Under the pieces are notes generated by a model, which made no database searches, was not told the DNA's origin, and saw only the letters and a program-made list of their open reading frames with translations. Positions 20,331 through 29,837 of a DNA stretch of 61,976 nucleotides are shown here, one piece after another. The position numbers were made by a program, and so were the translations under genes. The stretch spans positions 1 to 61,976 of IMG/VR virus record IMGVR_UViG_3300043788_000036; one strand, given 5' to 3'. The DNA comes from a virus. Taxonomy: Duplodnaviria; Caudoviricetes. Every line of letters begins with the position of its first letter. Position 1 is the stretch's first letter.

Positions 20331-21112
20331 AGTTTTTTCACCTTTCTAGCCAATGACTCGCCCTTGGAAAGCTTCATGATTTTATCAAACGTCGGATTAA
20401 CGATATACTCCGGTACAGGTCCCGCACTAACCGGGCGGCGAATACCGCAGCGGTAATATCCTGAGACTAAGCGCATGCAGTATTGCATCTCAGTCTCCTT
20501 AGTCTTCTTGTCGTATGACTCCCGGACGAATTGGTTACCGATGACGCTCACTGCACCAAGTAAGAAGTTAGTAATGGAGCCAGTGAGTGCGGTCGTGATC
20601 TCAGGCGTCAAGCGGTCATCGTCCTCCTCTGCGGCGCCTATACGCTTCTGGTGCGACAGGAAGCACACGTTATAGCCCTTATCGATCAGGTCTCTGTAGT
20701 GGAGCACCCACTCCATCATCCAGCCGCCGAGCTGCCCATAGGAGCGCTGCGAGAACACGTCTTCCGACCGCTGGTTCTTCTTGGCCTTCATCTCGCGGAT
20801 GACCATCCCCTGCAAGCCAGTCATTTGGTCCAGTACTATCGACTTGTATTTAGTACCACCCTCCAAGTGCCAATACAGGTCTTCCATGTCTGAAGTGCTC
20901 GTGACCTTGATCACGTCGACGCCAGCTACATCGATAACGGAGTCTGTGCCGCGCTCCATGATATCCACCAGTAGCAGAGGCTTTGGAAAGGTGCACGCGA
21001 AGACGGTCTTCCCGGTCTTCTGGTCTCCGTAGCAGAGCACTGCTATGTTACTTTCTACGTCGCGCAGTGGCTTGATGCGCGACTCTATCGACTTGTTAGT
21101 TAGCTTTTTCAC
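20327..21112 (-). CDS. AAA_24 / Sak4-like recombination ATPase
   Basis: YGDQKTGKT, PKPLLLVD.ERG, SIVLD. Confidence 0.85.
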   Translation of the reverse strand: MKKLTNKSIESRIKPLRDVESNIAVLCYGDQKTGKTVFACTFPKPLLLVDIMERGTDSVIDVAGVDVIKVTSTSDMEDLYWHLEGGTKYKSIVLDQMTGLQGMVIREMKAKKNQRSEDVFSQRSYGQLGGWMMEWVLHYRDLIDKGYNVCFLSHQKRIGAAEEDDDRLTPEITTALTGSITNFLLGAVSVIGNQFVRESYDKKTKETEMQYCMRLVSGYYRCGIRRPVSAGPVPEYIVNPTFDKIMKLSKGESLARKVKKL

Positions 21113-22090
21113 TCACGCCTCTCCAGTTTCGCGTGTGTCTTCTTCGCGTTCTTCGTAGTTTGATTTTTCCACGAACTTAGCGTTAACGCCAGCTAATTCT
21201 GCTTGGCATAACGAAAAGAATTCACAGCCTTTACAGGTGTACGTCGCATTGCGAGGGAATGATTTCGCGGTACGCATCATCTCAGCGGTAGTGATGAATT
21301 CTTGCACCACTGTCTTGGTCATCTGCACCGAGGGTATTGGTAGCGGTATTCGCTGATAGAAACGGTCAGACGCTTTTTTCTCCAACTCCTTGATGTAGTA
21401 CGCATAGGCTTCTTCGTCCAAGTCGTTATCGCGTATCGCCTTGCGATAGGTGAACACGTCGGTGTCGAGATCCTTGCGGCGGGTGAGCTGCCCGCTCTTC
21501 AGTTTCGGCGGTATCGTGGGGGCTTTGGTGCGCAAGTAATCCCAAATGATACCGTCAACTTTTTCTCTGTGCTCGCGGTTCCAGGCTTCCACGTACAACA
21601 GGAGCTGCGTATTACTGAAGCGCTCCTCAGCGGTCGGTATTACCCGGTGCGTCTTGCGATCGACCAACCAATGCCGCCCTTGGTGTTTAACGCGTAAATC
21701 ATAGTGACCCTCAAATTCAATTTTTGGCGTCAGCTGTGTGCGTACTAGCCCCTCGGTCGCAAGCACTTTCCAATCGTCATCCTTGTAGGTGCGCACGTAG
21801 CCACGGTATATGCGCCATATATCGCTAAGGAAGTTTTCTCCATAGAACTCGCGCTCTTCTTCGAATAAGACGCCGTACTGGTCTTGGTACTTAGCCCAAA
21901 TGTCCCGAGGTAGGTTGTGGTCTCTACCGATAATGTGCAGGTCGCGGGCTTCTAGCATCTCGTGCAGTATGGTCCCGCGAAACAGTGCGGCAGGCTTACG
22001 CTTGGCTTGTAGGTTTCGCACGTAGGCGTATTCGTATTTCTTGTTACAACTACGCCAAGCCTTAACCTTACTGAAGCCCGTCTTAAACAT
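21113..22090 (-). CDS. PD-(D/E)XK RecB/Cas4-like exonuclease
   Basis: FSKV..W..C, GTILHEMLE, GHYD..LVDRKT, QLLLY, C..CEF..LC. Confidence 0.85.
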   Translation of the reverse strand: MFKTGFSKVKAWRSCNKKYEYAYVRNLQAKRKPAALFRGTILHEMLEARDLHIIGRDHNLPRDIWAKYQDQYGVLFEEEREFYGENFLSDIWRIYRGYVRTYKDDDWKVLATEGLVRTQLTPKIEFEGHYDLRVKHQGRHWLVDRKTHRVIPTAEERFSNTQLLLYVEAWNREHREKVDGIIWDYLRTKAPTIPPKLKSGQLTRRKDLDTDVFTYRKAIRDNDLDEEAYAYYIKELEKKASDRFYQRIPLPIPSVQMTKTVVQEFITTAEMMRTAKSFPRNATYTCKGCEFFSLCQAELAGVNAKFVEKSNYEEREEDTRETGEA

Positions 22091-22290
22091 TTTCTCTAGC
22101 TTGCCACGCGTATAACGCAGATTCCCATCGCGCGTCCCATTGTTTACGTCGTCGTAGCTCTTGTTTAGCTGTTTTAGCGCATTGTATCGATGTTATTAAA
22201 TCCTCATCTGATAAAGTTTTCAACTCAGGGGCTTTACGCATGCCGTGCTGGGCAATGAACCACGTTTCAAATTTCGATTCGGCCATCAAT
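22083..22290 (-). CDS. Hypothetical protein (start about 22288)
   Basis: MAESKFETWF ORF. Confidence 0.4.
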
Positions 22291-22482
22291 GTACTCCGGT
22301 AGAGGGGCACTAATCCAATTCAAGAATGCTTTGGGGATGTCGTACGAGGTCAAGGCAAGCCCACAGCGCTTACCGTGGGACCTCTGACACGCTATACAGC
22401 ATCCGCTCGTTATGTATCGCTCTGTAGCCTTACAGATACGGCAAGGCTTACCCTGAAACGTACCCGCGCTCTTACGAGGCAT
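22267..22482 (-). CDS. Small Zn-finger protein resembling the N-terminal module of HNH endonucleases
   Basis: FQGKPCRIC..ERYITSGCCIAC. Confidence 0.5.
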   Translation of the reverse strand: MPRKSAGTFQGKPCRICKATERYITSGCCIACQRSHGKRCGLALTSYDIPKAFLNWISAPLPEYIDGRIEI

Positions 22483-22703
22483 CGTAGTTAACGTCTCGTA
22501 TTTGGTCGAAGAGCCGTTTTAACGCTTCTCGTTGCGCATGGTCGCTAGGGGGCTTCCAGCGACGCGATAGCCCCAGGAGTGCGTGTTGTGCAGACTTCTC
22601 TCGAAGAAGCCCTTTTAGAGCGTCGAAGGAGTTACGGTCTACGACAAGAATAAGTTCAGTTACCCCTGCCATGGGGTAACGAATTATATCAGCTGAGGGT
22701 ATC

Positions 22704-25220
22704 TTAACTAGGATCACGATAAACTCTCCCACGTCCCCAAGCGCCGACATTAACGTCAACGATCATGGGTACGTTCATTTTGATTTTGAAGGTCTTCAGG
22801 AGCCTAGGGCACTCCATGATTCGTCGCACTTTCGGTAATACGTCGTCCTCGCAGCCTTTGCGCATGAGCCCTAGTAAGGCGTCGTGATGCTCTCCACAAA
22901 GCTTAAACTGGTCACGATCGATTGTCTCGTTAATTTCGACCATCGCGGCAGCTTTCCAATCGCCGATCGTACCCTGTACGGGGGCGTTAACGGCTTGCCT
23001 CTCTGCCTCCATACGGGCGTCTTTATCTGTGGATTGAATACTAGGCAACCTACGTATCCGCCCGAACATATTCGTGACGTAGCCATCAATGCGGGCGATA
23101 CGCTTACAGCGGTTGTGCCAGGGCTCTAAGCCGGGGTACACCTCAAAAAAGCCTGTCCGGAACGCATGTGCCTGGCCCCAAGTGCACTCCCAATCATAGT
23201 CAACGCGGGCTTTCTTCATGAACGTGTTTTCGTACATGCCGTAGAGGTACCCGAAGGATATTCTCTTAGCGTTAGTACGGGCGGTTTTCCACTCTTTCCA
23301 GGCCTTAGTACAGGCTTCTACCCCCATCTCCCGCATAATGGTTAAAGCATCTGACAACGATGGCTTACCGTATTTATTGCAGACGTTCCGTTTAGCTACG
23401 GTGTCTATAGCTGCTTGGGCGTATTCTGGCATGTGTCCCGCACCTACTAGAAACAGCACAGTATTCCAATGAACATCCTGCCCCTTACGGTAAATACCTA
23501 TTAGAGTCGTGTCGCCAGACATTTCTGCAGCTATGCGTAGCTCTGCCTGCGATAAGTCCGCGGCGACGAATTCCCAGTCGCTATCGTCAGGCAAAGCGAT
23601 AATGGAACGAATATCGCCGTCCGTAGGGATCTGATGCAGCCGGCTCGAAAATCTGCCCGTAACCGTCCCCGGCTGCTTGTAGCTGAAGTAAATGCGGTCG
23701 CCTACAATGTACTGCTTCCACCCTTCCAGATAGCTGCTGATGATCTTCTCTAGCTCGCGAAAATGGAGCAGCTCGTTGATGATAGGGTGTTTGCCTTTTA
23801 AGTCGACTACGGCAGCTTCCCCCGTCGATGGCGCGCCGGTGGGCGTGCGTGACTGAATAGGTAACTTTAGTTTCTCAAATAGTATGCGCGCGACTTGTTG
23901 GGGGGAGTTCCAATTAACTTCTTCTCCCGCACTTTTTATCAGCCCTGACGATGCGAAATCTCGTCTTGTGCCGAAATCGTCTTCCATTTCAGCGTACTGC
24001 TTTTTGTCGACGGGCAGCCCTTCCGCCTCGATCGCCTCCAGGGCATAGGAGGACGGCATTACCAACTCATTAAACAGCCTGCGTAGCCGCGGAGTCTTGC
24101 GAAACACTCTCGAAAATTTGCGTGCTAGGTGCAGGGTATTCCAAGCGTCGCGAGCGTTGTACTCCCAATACTTTTCCCGATTGGCGAGGTCCTGCATCTT
24201 CTCGCGCCATTCAGGCTTATCGCTAATCTTTAGGTCTTTGCCTAAGTCGTATTCCGGGCAATCCAGCTCAACCCGGGAGACGTACTTCAAATCGTGATCT
24301 TGGTTTTCGTCGATAAGATGGTGGGCCACCATAGCATCAAAGTGGTACGGTAGCGACACGTCGTATACGCGTAGGATGGCTCCAGAATCAAACTTACCGT
24401 GGAACACGGCAGCCCACTTCGTTTTCGCTTTTCGCGCCATGACGCGGAAAAATGCCTCCTGTGCATCGAAGTCACCTTCATAAAAACCCCCGGGCATTTC
24501 GAGTGGAATGACCCATGAGCAGTCGTCTAGTGCAAATGAGATGCAACGGATTACGAAGTCAGGTTTGCGTAGAAATAGCCCGTTGGTTTCTGTGTCGTAG
24601 GCGTACTCCTCTGCAGCAGCAAACGCTGCGAAGAATTCGCGCAGCAACTTGCGGTTTGTGACAACGCGATATTTGAACGCGTCTTGGGTCTCCCCTAGGG
24701 TACCGTCAATCTGGCGCTTGAGCCGGGCTAAGTCTTGTTGGATCACGAGCAGCTTAGAGGGGTCTCGGAAGGTTGCCGCCGGGTGGTACGTCGGGCAAAT
24801 AACGCGTCCGTCTTTCTCAATCATTTGCCCGTGCGCCGTAGACACCTTGGCTTTGGCGACGGCTTTCGTCGCAAGGGCGCCTAGCGGTACGATGTACTTG
24901 GGGTCTATGAGCTTGATTTCTGCATCGAGGTACGGCTTACAGGCTTTGATCTCTTTCGCAGTTGGCGGACGGTCCGCGGGAGTTAAGCAGCGCACGGCGT
25001 TCGTGTACCGTATCTTGTGTTCGCCCAGCCCTGCCTTCGCTAGTTCCCCCTTCAGGATACGCCCAGAAGGCCCTACGAACGGTTTACCGACGCGATCTTC
25101 TTGGTACCCGGGGTTCTGCCCCACCACAAGTATTTCAGCGTCCCTGGGACCGTCCCCGCCCACGCAGACCGTGCGAGCACCTGCGTGTAGAGGGCAGAGG
25201 ATGCAATTGGCGTTTCTCAT
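22704..25220 (-). CDS. polA: Family A DNA polymerase with N-terminal uracil-DNA glycosylase-like domain and 3'-5' exonuclease
   Basis: CILC..GQNPG..ED..GKPFVGPSG..TNAVRC..HPAA; DTET; ADLSQAELR; KRISFGYLYG; HHDA; ATGA start at 25220. Confidence 0.95.
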   Translation of the reverse strand: MRNANCILCPLHAGARTVCVGGDGPRDAEILVVGQNPGYQEDRVGKPFVGPSGRILKGELAKAGLGEHKIRYTNAVRCLTPADRPPTAKEIKACKPYLDAEIKLIDPKYIVPLGALATKAVAKAKVSTAHGQMIEKDGRVICPTYHPAATFRDPSKLLVIQQDLARLKRQIDGTLGETQDAFKYRVVTNRKLLREFFAAFAAAEEYAYDTETNGLFLRKPDFVIRCISFALDDCSWVIPLEMPGGFYEGDFDAQEAFFRVMARKAKTKWAAVFHGKFDSGAILRVYDVSLPYHFDAMVAHHLIDENQDHDLKYVSRVELDCPEYDLGKDLKISDKPEWREKMQDLANREKYWEYNARDAWNTLHLARKFSRVFRKTPRLRRLFNELVMPSSYALEAIEAEGLPVDKKQYAEMEDDFGTRRDFASSGLIKSAGEEVNWNSPQQVARILFEKLKLPIQSRTPTGAPSTGEAAVVDLKGKHPIINELLHFRELEKIISSYLEGWKQYIVGDRIYFSYKQPGTVTGRFSSRLHQIPTDGDIRSIIALPDDSDWEFVAADLSQAELRIAAEMSGDTTLIGIYRKGQDVHWNTVLFLVGAGHMPEYAQAAIDTVAKRNVCNKYGKPSLSDALTIMREMGVEACTKAWKEWKTARTNAKRISFGYLYGMYENTFMKKARVDYDWECTWGQAHAFRTGFFEVYPGLEPWHNRCKRIARIDGYVTNMFGRIRRLPSIQSTDKDARMEAERQAVNAPVQGTIGDWKAAAMVEINETIDRDQFKLCGEHHDALLGLMRKGCEDDVLPKVRRIMECPRLLKTFKIKMNVPMIVDVNVGAWGRGRVYRDPS

Positions 25221-25615
25221 TGCGTAGTACGGCAGAGGGGGCACATGTCAGTATTGTGCTGCTTACCTTCTTGGTGCAACTGGGCAACCCTAACCGCGAT
25301 TAATGCGTCTCTCTCTTCATCGTTGCACAACTCCCCTAGTACTTCATTGGACAACGGTAAATCGCATTCTTCCAAGTCGTCTGGGTTTATACCAAATACC
25401 CGCCTACTGAAGTCGATAAGGTTGTAGTCTCCCGTAATGTCTACGGTAACTGTACCGTCTTCGTTTATGGAGTACATCGTAACGCGTTGCCAAGTCGTCT
25501 TCAAACGGTAAAGCTTGTTAGGCGGCAACCGTTTAGCAATTTCCTTAACTACTTCTGGGCGCGATTCAACCCACGCTTGGTACGCTTCTTCGTCTAAATC
25601 GCATAATTTTGCCAT
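25217..25615 (-). CDS. Hypothetical phage protein
   Basis: Coupled to polA. Confidence 0.6.
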   Translation of the reverse strand: MAKLCDLDEEAYQAWVESRPEVVKEIAKRLPPNKLYRLKTTWQRVTMYSINEDGTVTVDITGDYNLIDFSRRVFGINPDDLEECDLPLSNEVLGELCNDEERDALIAVRVAQLHQEGKQHNTDMCPLCRTTQ

Positions 25616-25616
25616 G

Positions 25617-26540
25617 TTATAGACCTGCTAATCCCTCGTCTCGTGCGACGTTGATTTCAGACATGCGAACTGTGGCGTCTTTTTCCTTGTATCGGTCAGG
25701 GTGGTACTGCGCAGCAAGCTTGCGGTACGCCTTCTGTATGTCCTTCTTAGTTGCGCGTATCGATACCCCTAAGGTCTCGTGCCAAGGTTTCTTGCCTTGA
25801 GTATTCGGCGGAGCGGGTGGCGGTGTACGAGCGTACCCTTGGCTGAATGGCCCCCGGCCGTAAAAAGCTTCCTTGTACATCTCTTCGAACGTTTGTCGAA
25901 ACTTTTCTCTGTCGAAACCGGGATCTTTAGCGTTCGAGTAAGTGCCGCCAAAACCAAAACTACCTCCCCCAATATCGTTACTGTACGAATCTGCGTAGTC
26001 CCATTTCGAGTGCTGCCTTTCTTGGTCTCTTTCTCGTTTCGGTGCTTCGTACTCGTCATCTGCCCAAGCCTTACGGGCTTTTTCTCGCTTGCTTTCGTTT
26101 TGGGAGTACACCCCTGCCGCTTCGCGGCGCTCTTTCAGCTCCTTGAGACGCCGCGCAGTATCCGCACATGTACTAGCGTTAATGCGTGACATAGTCGTCT
26201 GTGGGGTAACCTTACGCGCTTTCTGCATCTCAGCCACGTAGTACACTATGAGCCCATCAATGGAAGTAACGTCACCTTCCCTAGAGACCCACTGTTGCTC
26301 ACGACACTTCTGTTGGTACCACTCTTTGAGTTGCCCTAGTACCTCTTCCAACAACCAGCGCGGTTTAGGTAGGCCATCGCTCCACCCCTCTACTTCTTTA
26401 ATTAACTTATCGCGATTGAACACCAAGTGAAATTCAGCCCAATTACTCCCATCCATAGGTACAACAGCTCCGGCGACTTCACACGCGGTCAATATAGCGA
26501 TAATGTCTTCTAACGTGGGGCGATGGTCTACGGAACTCAT
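25617..26540 (-). CDS. J-domain (DnaJ-like) protein
   Basis: C-terminal [30 protein letters not shown], preceded by a G/F-rich stretch. Confidence 0.85.
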   Translation of the reverse strand: MSSVDHRPTLEDIIAILTACEVAGAVVPMDGSNWAEFHLVFNRDKLIKEVEGWSDGLPKPRWLLEEVLGQLKEWYQQKCREQQWVSREGDVTSIDGLIVYYVAEMQKARKVTPQTTMSRINASTCADTARRLKELKERREAAGVYSQNESKREKARKAWADDEYEAPKRERDQERQHSKWDYADSYSNDIGGGSFGFGGTYSNAKDPGFDREKFRQTFEEMYKEAFYGRGPFSQGYARTPPPAPPNTQGKKPWHETLGVSIRATKKDIQKAYRKLAAQYHPDRYKEKDATVRMSEINVARDEGLAGL

Positions 26541-26719
26541 GTTGTCGATACCTCCTTCTCGTGCTGTATGCGATTGTGCACTTCTTTGCGGTTAATTGTG
26601 ACGTTCTTAGGCGCCGCAATGCCTAAGCGTACTTGGTTTCCAACAATACCTAGTACAGTCACCGTGATGTTGTCCCCTATCATGATCGTTTCAGTTAGCC
26701 TGCGAGTCAGTATTAGCAT
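26537..26719 (-). CDS. csrA: Carbon storage regulator CsrA/RsmA
   Basis: [38 protein letters not shown]. Confidence 0.95.
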   Translation of the reverse strand: MLILTRRLTETIMIGDNITVTVLGIVGNQVRLGIAAPKNVTINRKEVHNRIQHEKEVSTT

Positions 26720-26772
26720 AACACTATCCTATGTAACGCAATTACCCTCTAGCCCTTCGATTTATCACCCCC

Positions 26773-26859
26773 TTACATATAACTTTGAAGTATCTTCAGT
26801 ACCGCGAATACTATTACCAATAATAGTATCTGTACCGTAAAATCATGCCACTTTTTCAC
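26773..26859 (-). CDS. Possible 28-aa membrane micropeptide
   Basis: MKKWHDFTVQILLLVIVFAVLKILQSYM read by hand; weak RBS. Confidence 0.35.
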   Translation of the reverse strand: MKKWHDFTVQILLLVIVFAVLKILQSYM

Positions 26860-26863
26860 GCCG

Positions 26864-28324
26864 CTACGCCTGAACTAGCTTTCGCACGTCGCTAAGAGTT
26901 GTACGACGTACGAAGTGCCCGTCTACCCAGACGGTCTTATAGAGGTTTTCTCTGCCGTAGCTGTTTTGTTGTCCTTGAGTTAACTGGTCTGTCATCTGTA
27001 AAGTACCGTCCTCTGCGCGCAACACGATGATACGCCCTCTAGCAGACTTCTTTTCCCCTGTATCGGTGACAGGGTTCTTCGAGAGGAAACGCTGTTCGCC
27101 GTTGACTTGCGCCCACGTGGCTTTGATGGCGAATCCGTGCGTGTCGCGGGTTACGTACTGGTACGTGTAGGAGCCTATACCGAACACTACGTTGGTCGAC
27201 GCGAATCCCTTGCGCTTCAATCGTTCACAGATCTCCCGGGCGCGTTGCTCATTGATGGAGTCCCCATAAATCGCTCCTATGTGAGAGTCGAGTACGCGAT
27301 ATGAGTCAGCGTTTACAGTGCCTCCAAACAAGTCCCAGAGCAGTTCAATGACTCCCTTATGCTGCGGTGTACCTTTTGCCCAACGCGGATCTCCACAGAG
27401 GATGTCTACGGGGTCACCGCTGTCTGGGCGTATGACAAGTTTTCCTTCTCGCGCCATGATCTGGTCCTTCAGTCGGGGCAGGGTCTTCGTGAGTACTTTC
27501 CATAAATCCCACGTATCACAGACCACGGATAATATTCCACTCGGGTACAAGTCAAGCAGACGAGCAATGGTGCTCTCCTCGTCCTCCTGGCCTCCCGCGC
27601 ACATCACGGAGTGCTCGGTAGCCGGGACGCTGCCCCCGATGGGTTCTGCGGCGTCGTAATAGCGCTCCAGCAGCTCTATTGCAGGTAGGCAGTCCGTACC
27701 TAGGAAGGAAAGAAGATGAGCCGCTCCAGACAGCGCCGCTGCTCCTGGGCACGCCATTCCGCGAAAGCTGAAATCATGCCCCTGCCAGTCCACAAACGAG
27801 GGGTCACCTCCTGTCTGCTGAGCGTAACTGAGCAGGTCTCGGCGGTACCGTCGGGCAGTCGATGCGGAAGTGCAGGGCATCCAGAGCACGGACGATAATA
27901 GAGTCTCGAAGTAATTGGTGACCCAGAAGAAATCAGGGTGCGTATTCTCGATCGTGAACATGGGCACTCTAAGCGGTACTGCAGTACCTTCCGGTAGGGC
28001 GCAGAAGCGCAATGGGATATAGCCCAGGTTGTGCAGCTCCGCGATGTGCTCTGTACCGATATCGTTCGGGCCGAAGTACGCATTCAGCCGACGTCGGTAC
28101 TTATCGCATACTTCTCCGACCGGGCGGGAAAAGAATGTTTCTTGCGCATGCTCCATAAGATATCGCTGCAGGAAGTACTGCAACCCAAAAAACGTGACCG
28201 GCTGGCCCTGTGCTACGCGAGTTGATCGTGCAGTAAAGTTGGAGTAAACGTACTGCGTACCCGCAGGGTACTGGCGCCGATGGTCCAGCTTATACCCGTC
28301 CGTCAACGTAATAAAATCAAACAT
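26864..28324 (-). CDS. Nampt-like phosphoribosyltransferase (probable Namat of NARP1)
   Basis: TDGYKLDH..QYP, HDFSFRG, SVPATEHSVMC, SVVCDTWD, VIRPDSGDP, IYGDSI, KKSARG. Confidence 0.9.
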   Translation of the reverse strand: MFDFITLTDGYKLDHRRQYPAGTQYVYSNFTARSTRVAQGQPVTFFGLQYFLQRYLMEHAQETFFSRPVGEVCDKYRRRLNAYFGPNDIGTEHIAELHNLGYIPLRFCALPEGTAVPLRVPMFTIENTHPDFFWVTNYFETLLSSVLWMPCTSASTARRYRRDLLSYAQQTGGDPSFVDWQGHDFSFRGMACPGAAALSGAAHLLSFLGTDCLPAIELLERYYDAAEPIGGSVPATEHSVMCAGGQEDEESTIARLLDLYPSGILSVVCDTWDLWKVLTKTLPRLKDQIMAREGKLVIRPDSGDPVDILCGDPRWAKGTPQHKGVIELLWDLFGGTVNADSYRVLDSHIGAIYGDSINEQRAREICERLKRKGFASTNVVFGIGSYTYQYVTRDTHGFAIKATWAQVNGEQRFLSKNPVTDTGEKKSARGRIIVLRAEDGTLQMTDQLTQGQQNSYGRENLYKTVWVDGHFVRRTTLSDVRKLVQA

Positions 28325-29156
28325 TATGATTTCCTCCTATTTTTGCGAACAACGCAGGTAGTAGGGGGTACACAGTAAAGCGATAATTTTGCCAATTCGG
28401 CGTCAACCTATACCAACTATCTGTAGTGATAATGCGCGAGTAGGTGTCTGATATAGCCTCAAGACCTTTCGAGAAAATACCGTGCGACACAAATAACTGC
28501 AGCTCCGACTCTTGTGCGTAGTCGTCGTTGTTCCAAGCTTCCGCGAGTAGGTTAAACGTGGCCCCCCCGTCGCAAATGTCGTCTACGACGATGTACTTAC
28601 CTCGCGCAGGCAAGTCTGGCATCTCGTACTCACTAATATAGCCCGTACGCGAATCGCGGTGCTTTAGGCAAGATATGAGATACGCATCGGGGGAGAACTT
28701 TGCTCTGAACTGCTCTGCTCGGCCTACGGCCCCCGCGTCAGGTGCGATGACACCGGCAACGTCCGCCATACCGTCTATTGGCAAGTCCGCAGGCATGAAC
28801 GTTTTGAAGTCTAAGAACGTCTCCAGCGCGCTTGAGTGCGGGTCGAATACCGATACGGGATACGGACCTCCCAGCAACTCCGCCATGATACGGATGGTCA
28901 GGGGCGCAGTACCGTCCGTGCGATCTTGGCGAGCGCCGGGAAAGTAAGGGCAGAATACCGTGAAGTCGGCGCGTTGTGCTTGTAGAGCGCTAATGACACA
29001 TGCAGCTATGCCCACATCATTCCACGTGCGGGGCTTAAGGTGGAATAGTACGCTGCCGACAAACTTAGGTAGTTTCGCGTGTGGCTCACCCCCAGGGAAG
29101 AACAACGTCTCAATGCCCGACGCGGTGTAATTATCGCTATCAATTATTGTCGTCAC
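28317..29156 (-). CDS. PRPP-synthetase-like protein (probable Adps of NARP1)
   Basis: FPGGE, PYFPGARQDR, DPHS, APDAGA, VVDDICDGGATF, VSHGIFS. Confidence 0.9.
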   Translation of the reverse strand: MTTIIDSDNYTASGIETLFFPGGEPHAKLPKFVGSVLFHLKPRTWNDVGIAACVISALQAQRADFTVFCPYFPGARQDRTDGTAPLTIRIMAELLGGPYPVSVFDPHSSALETFLDFKTFMPADLPIDGMADVAGVIAPDAGAVGRAEQFRAKFSPDAYLISCLKHRDSRTGYISEYEMPDLPARGKYIVVDDICDGGATFNLLAEAWNNDDYAQESELQLFVSHGIFSKGLEAISDTYSRIITTDSWYRLTPNWQNYRFTVYPLLPALFAKIGGNHNV

Positions 29157-29158
29157 AG

Positions 29159-29452
29159 TTACTTCCTTGCGATGATTTTGCAGACGAGAATGTCTTGGGT
29201 CTTAGTGTGCTTATCGATAATCCGCTGAGGTACTTTAGCCTCTGCAACGACTTCTTTCCAAGCTGTTGTGGAGCGGGATTGCGTAAACACATTCGCTTCG
29301 AACAGTCGACCTTGACGCTCTCCAGTCCCCATCGCTTTCAGCTCTTCAAGTGCTTCCTTCTCCTGCGCTTCGAGGTCTGCTATATCGGCTTTAATGCGGC
29401 CAAGACGGTCCACCAGCTCAGTCACGTTCAACAGTTTTTTTGGCTTTACCAT
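29159..29452 (-). CDS. Hypothetical phage protein
   Basis: LVDRLGRIKADIADL coiled coil; ACGAAC-ATG start. Confidence 0.65.
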   Translation of the reverse strand: MVKPKKLLNVTELVDRLGRIKADIADLEAQEKEALEELKAMGTGERQGRLFEANVFTQSRSTTAWKEVVAEAKVPQRIIDKHTKTQDILVCKIIARK

Positions 29453-29621
29453 GTTCGTTCTCGGTTACTATAAAAGTGAAAGGCCCCTTACCGCACCTTG
29501 GGCAGTAGTGATCTTTCACTGACCAGTTTTGTTTAGTTTCGTGCGACCAAGCGTGCCCGCATCCGTATCCTTCAATTACTCCCCATACCGTCGTGCCGCA
29601 CTGATGAGTGTGATGCGCCAA
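29418..29621 (-). CDS. Small Zn-ribbon protein
   Basis: CG..GCGHAW..CPRCG. Confidence 0.5.
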   Translation of the reverse strand: MAHHTHQCGTTVWGVIEGYGCGHAWSHETKQNWSVKDHYCPRCGKGPFTFIVTENEHGKAKKTVERD

Positions 29622-29626
29622 GGGGA

Positions 29627-29674
29627 TTACTCGTTACTAGCGATAGGCCCACACTTACATTGGAAGGGTGTCAT
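29627..29674 (-). CDS. 15-aa mini-ORF duplicating the C-terminus of 30379..30615
   Basis: MTPFQCKCGPIASNE versus LAQCKCGPIAGNE. Confidence 0.4.
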   Translation of the reverse strand: MTPFQCKCGPIASNE

Positions 29675-29832
29675 GTTCGTTCGTCTTCGTAATGCCTTCC
29701 ACACGTAACTTTTTTGCGGCCCTTTCTAACGCCGAAGTGCCGTTGGAATCCGTATACATCTCGTCCACATCTGGAGCAGGTTGTTAGGGCGTATCCCAAT
29801 AAGTAAGCGTAAAACCTGTATAGGTACTTCAT
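29671..29832 (-). CDS. 53-aa Cys-containing protein (absent from the ORF track)
   Basis: MKYLYRFYAYLLGYALTTCSRCG..TCGRHYEDERT; ATGA-coupled to the next ORF. Confidence 0.5.
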   Translation of the reverse strand: MKYLYRFYAYLLGYALTTCSRCGRDVYGFQRHFGVRKGRKKVTCGRHYEDERT

Positions 29833-29837
29833 GTCAA

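Noticed and set aside
21113-22090. Cas4 as part of a CRISPR system
   Set aside because: No array or other cas genes; the Sak4-SSB context indicates a recombination exonuclease
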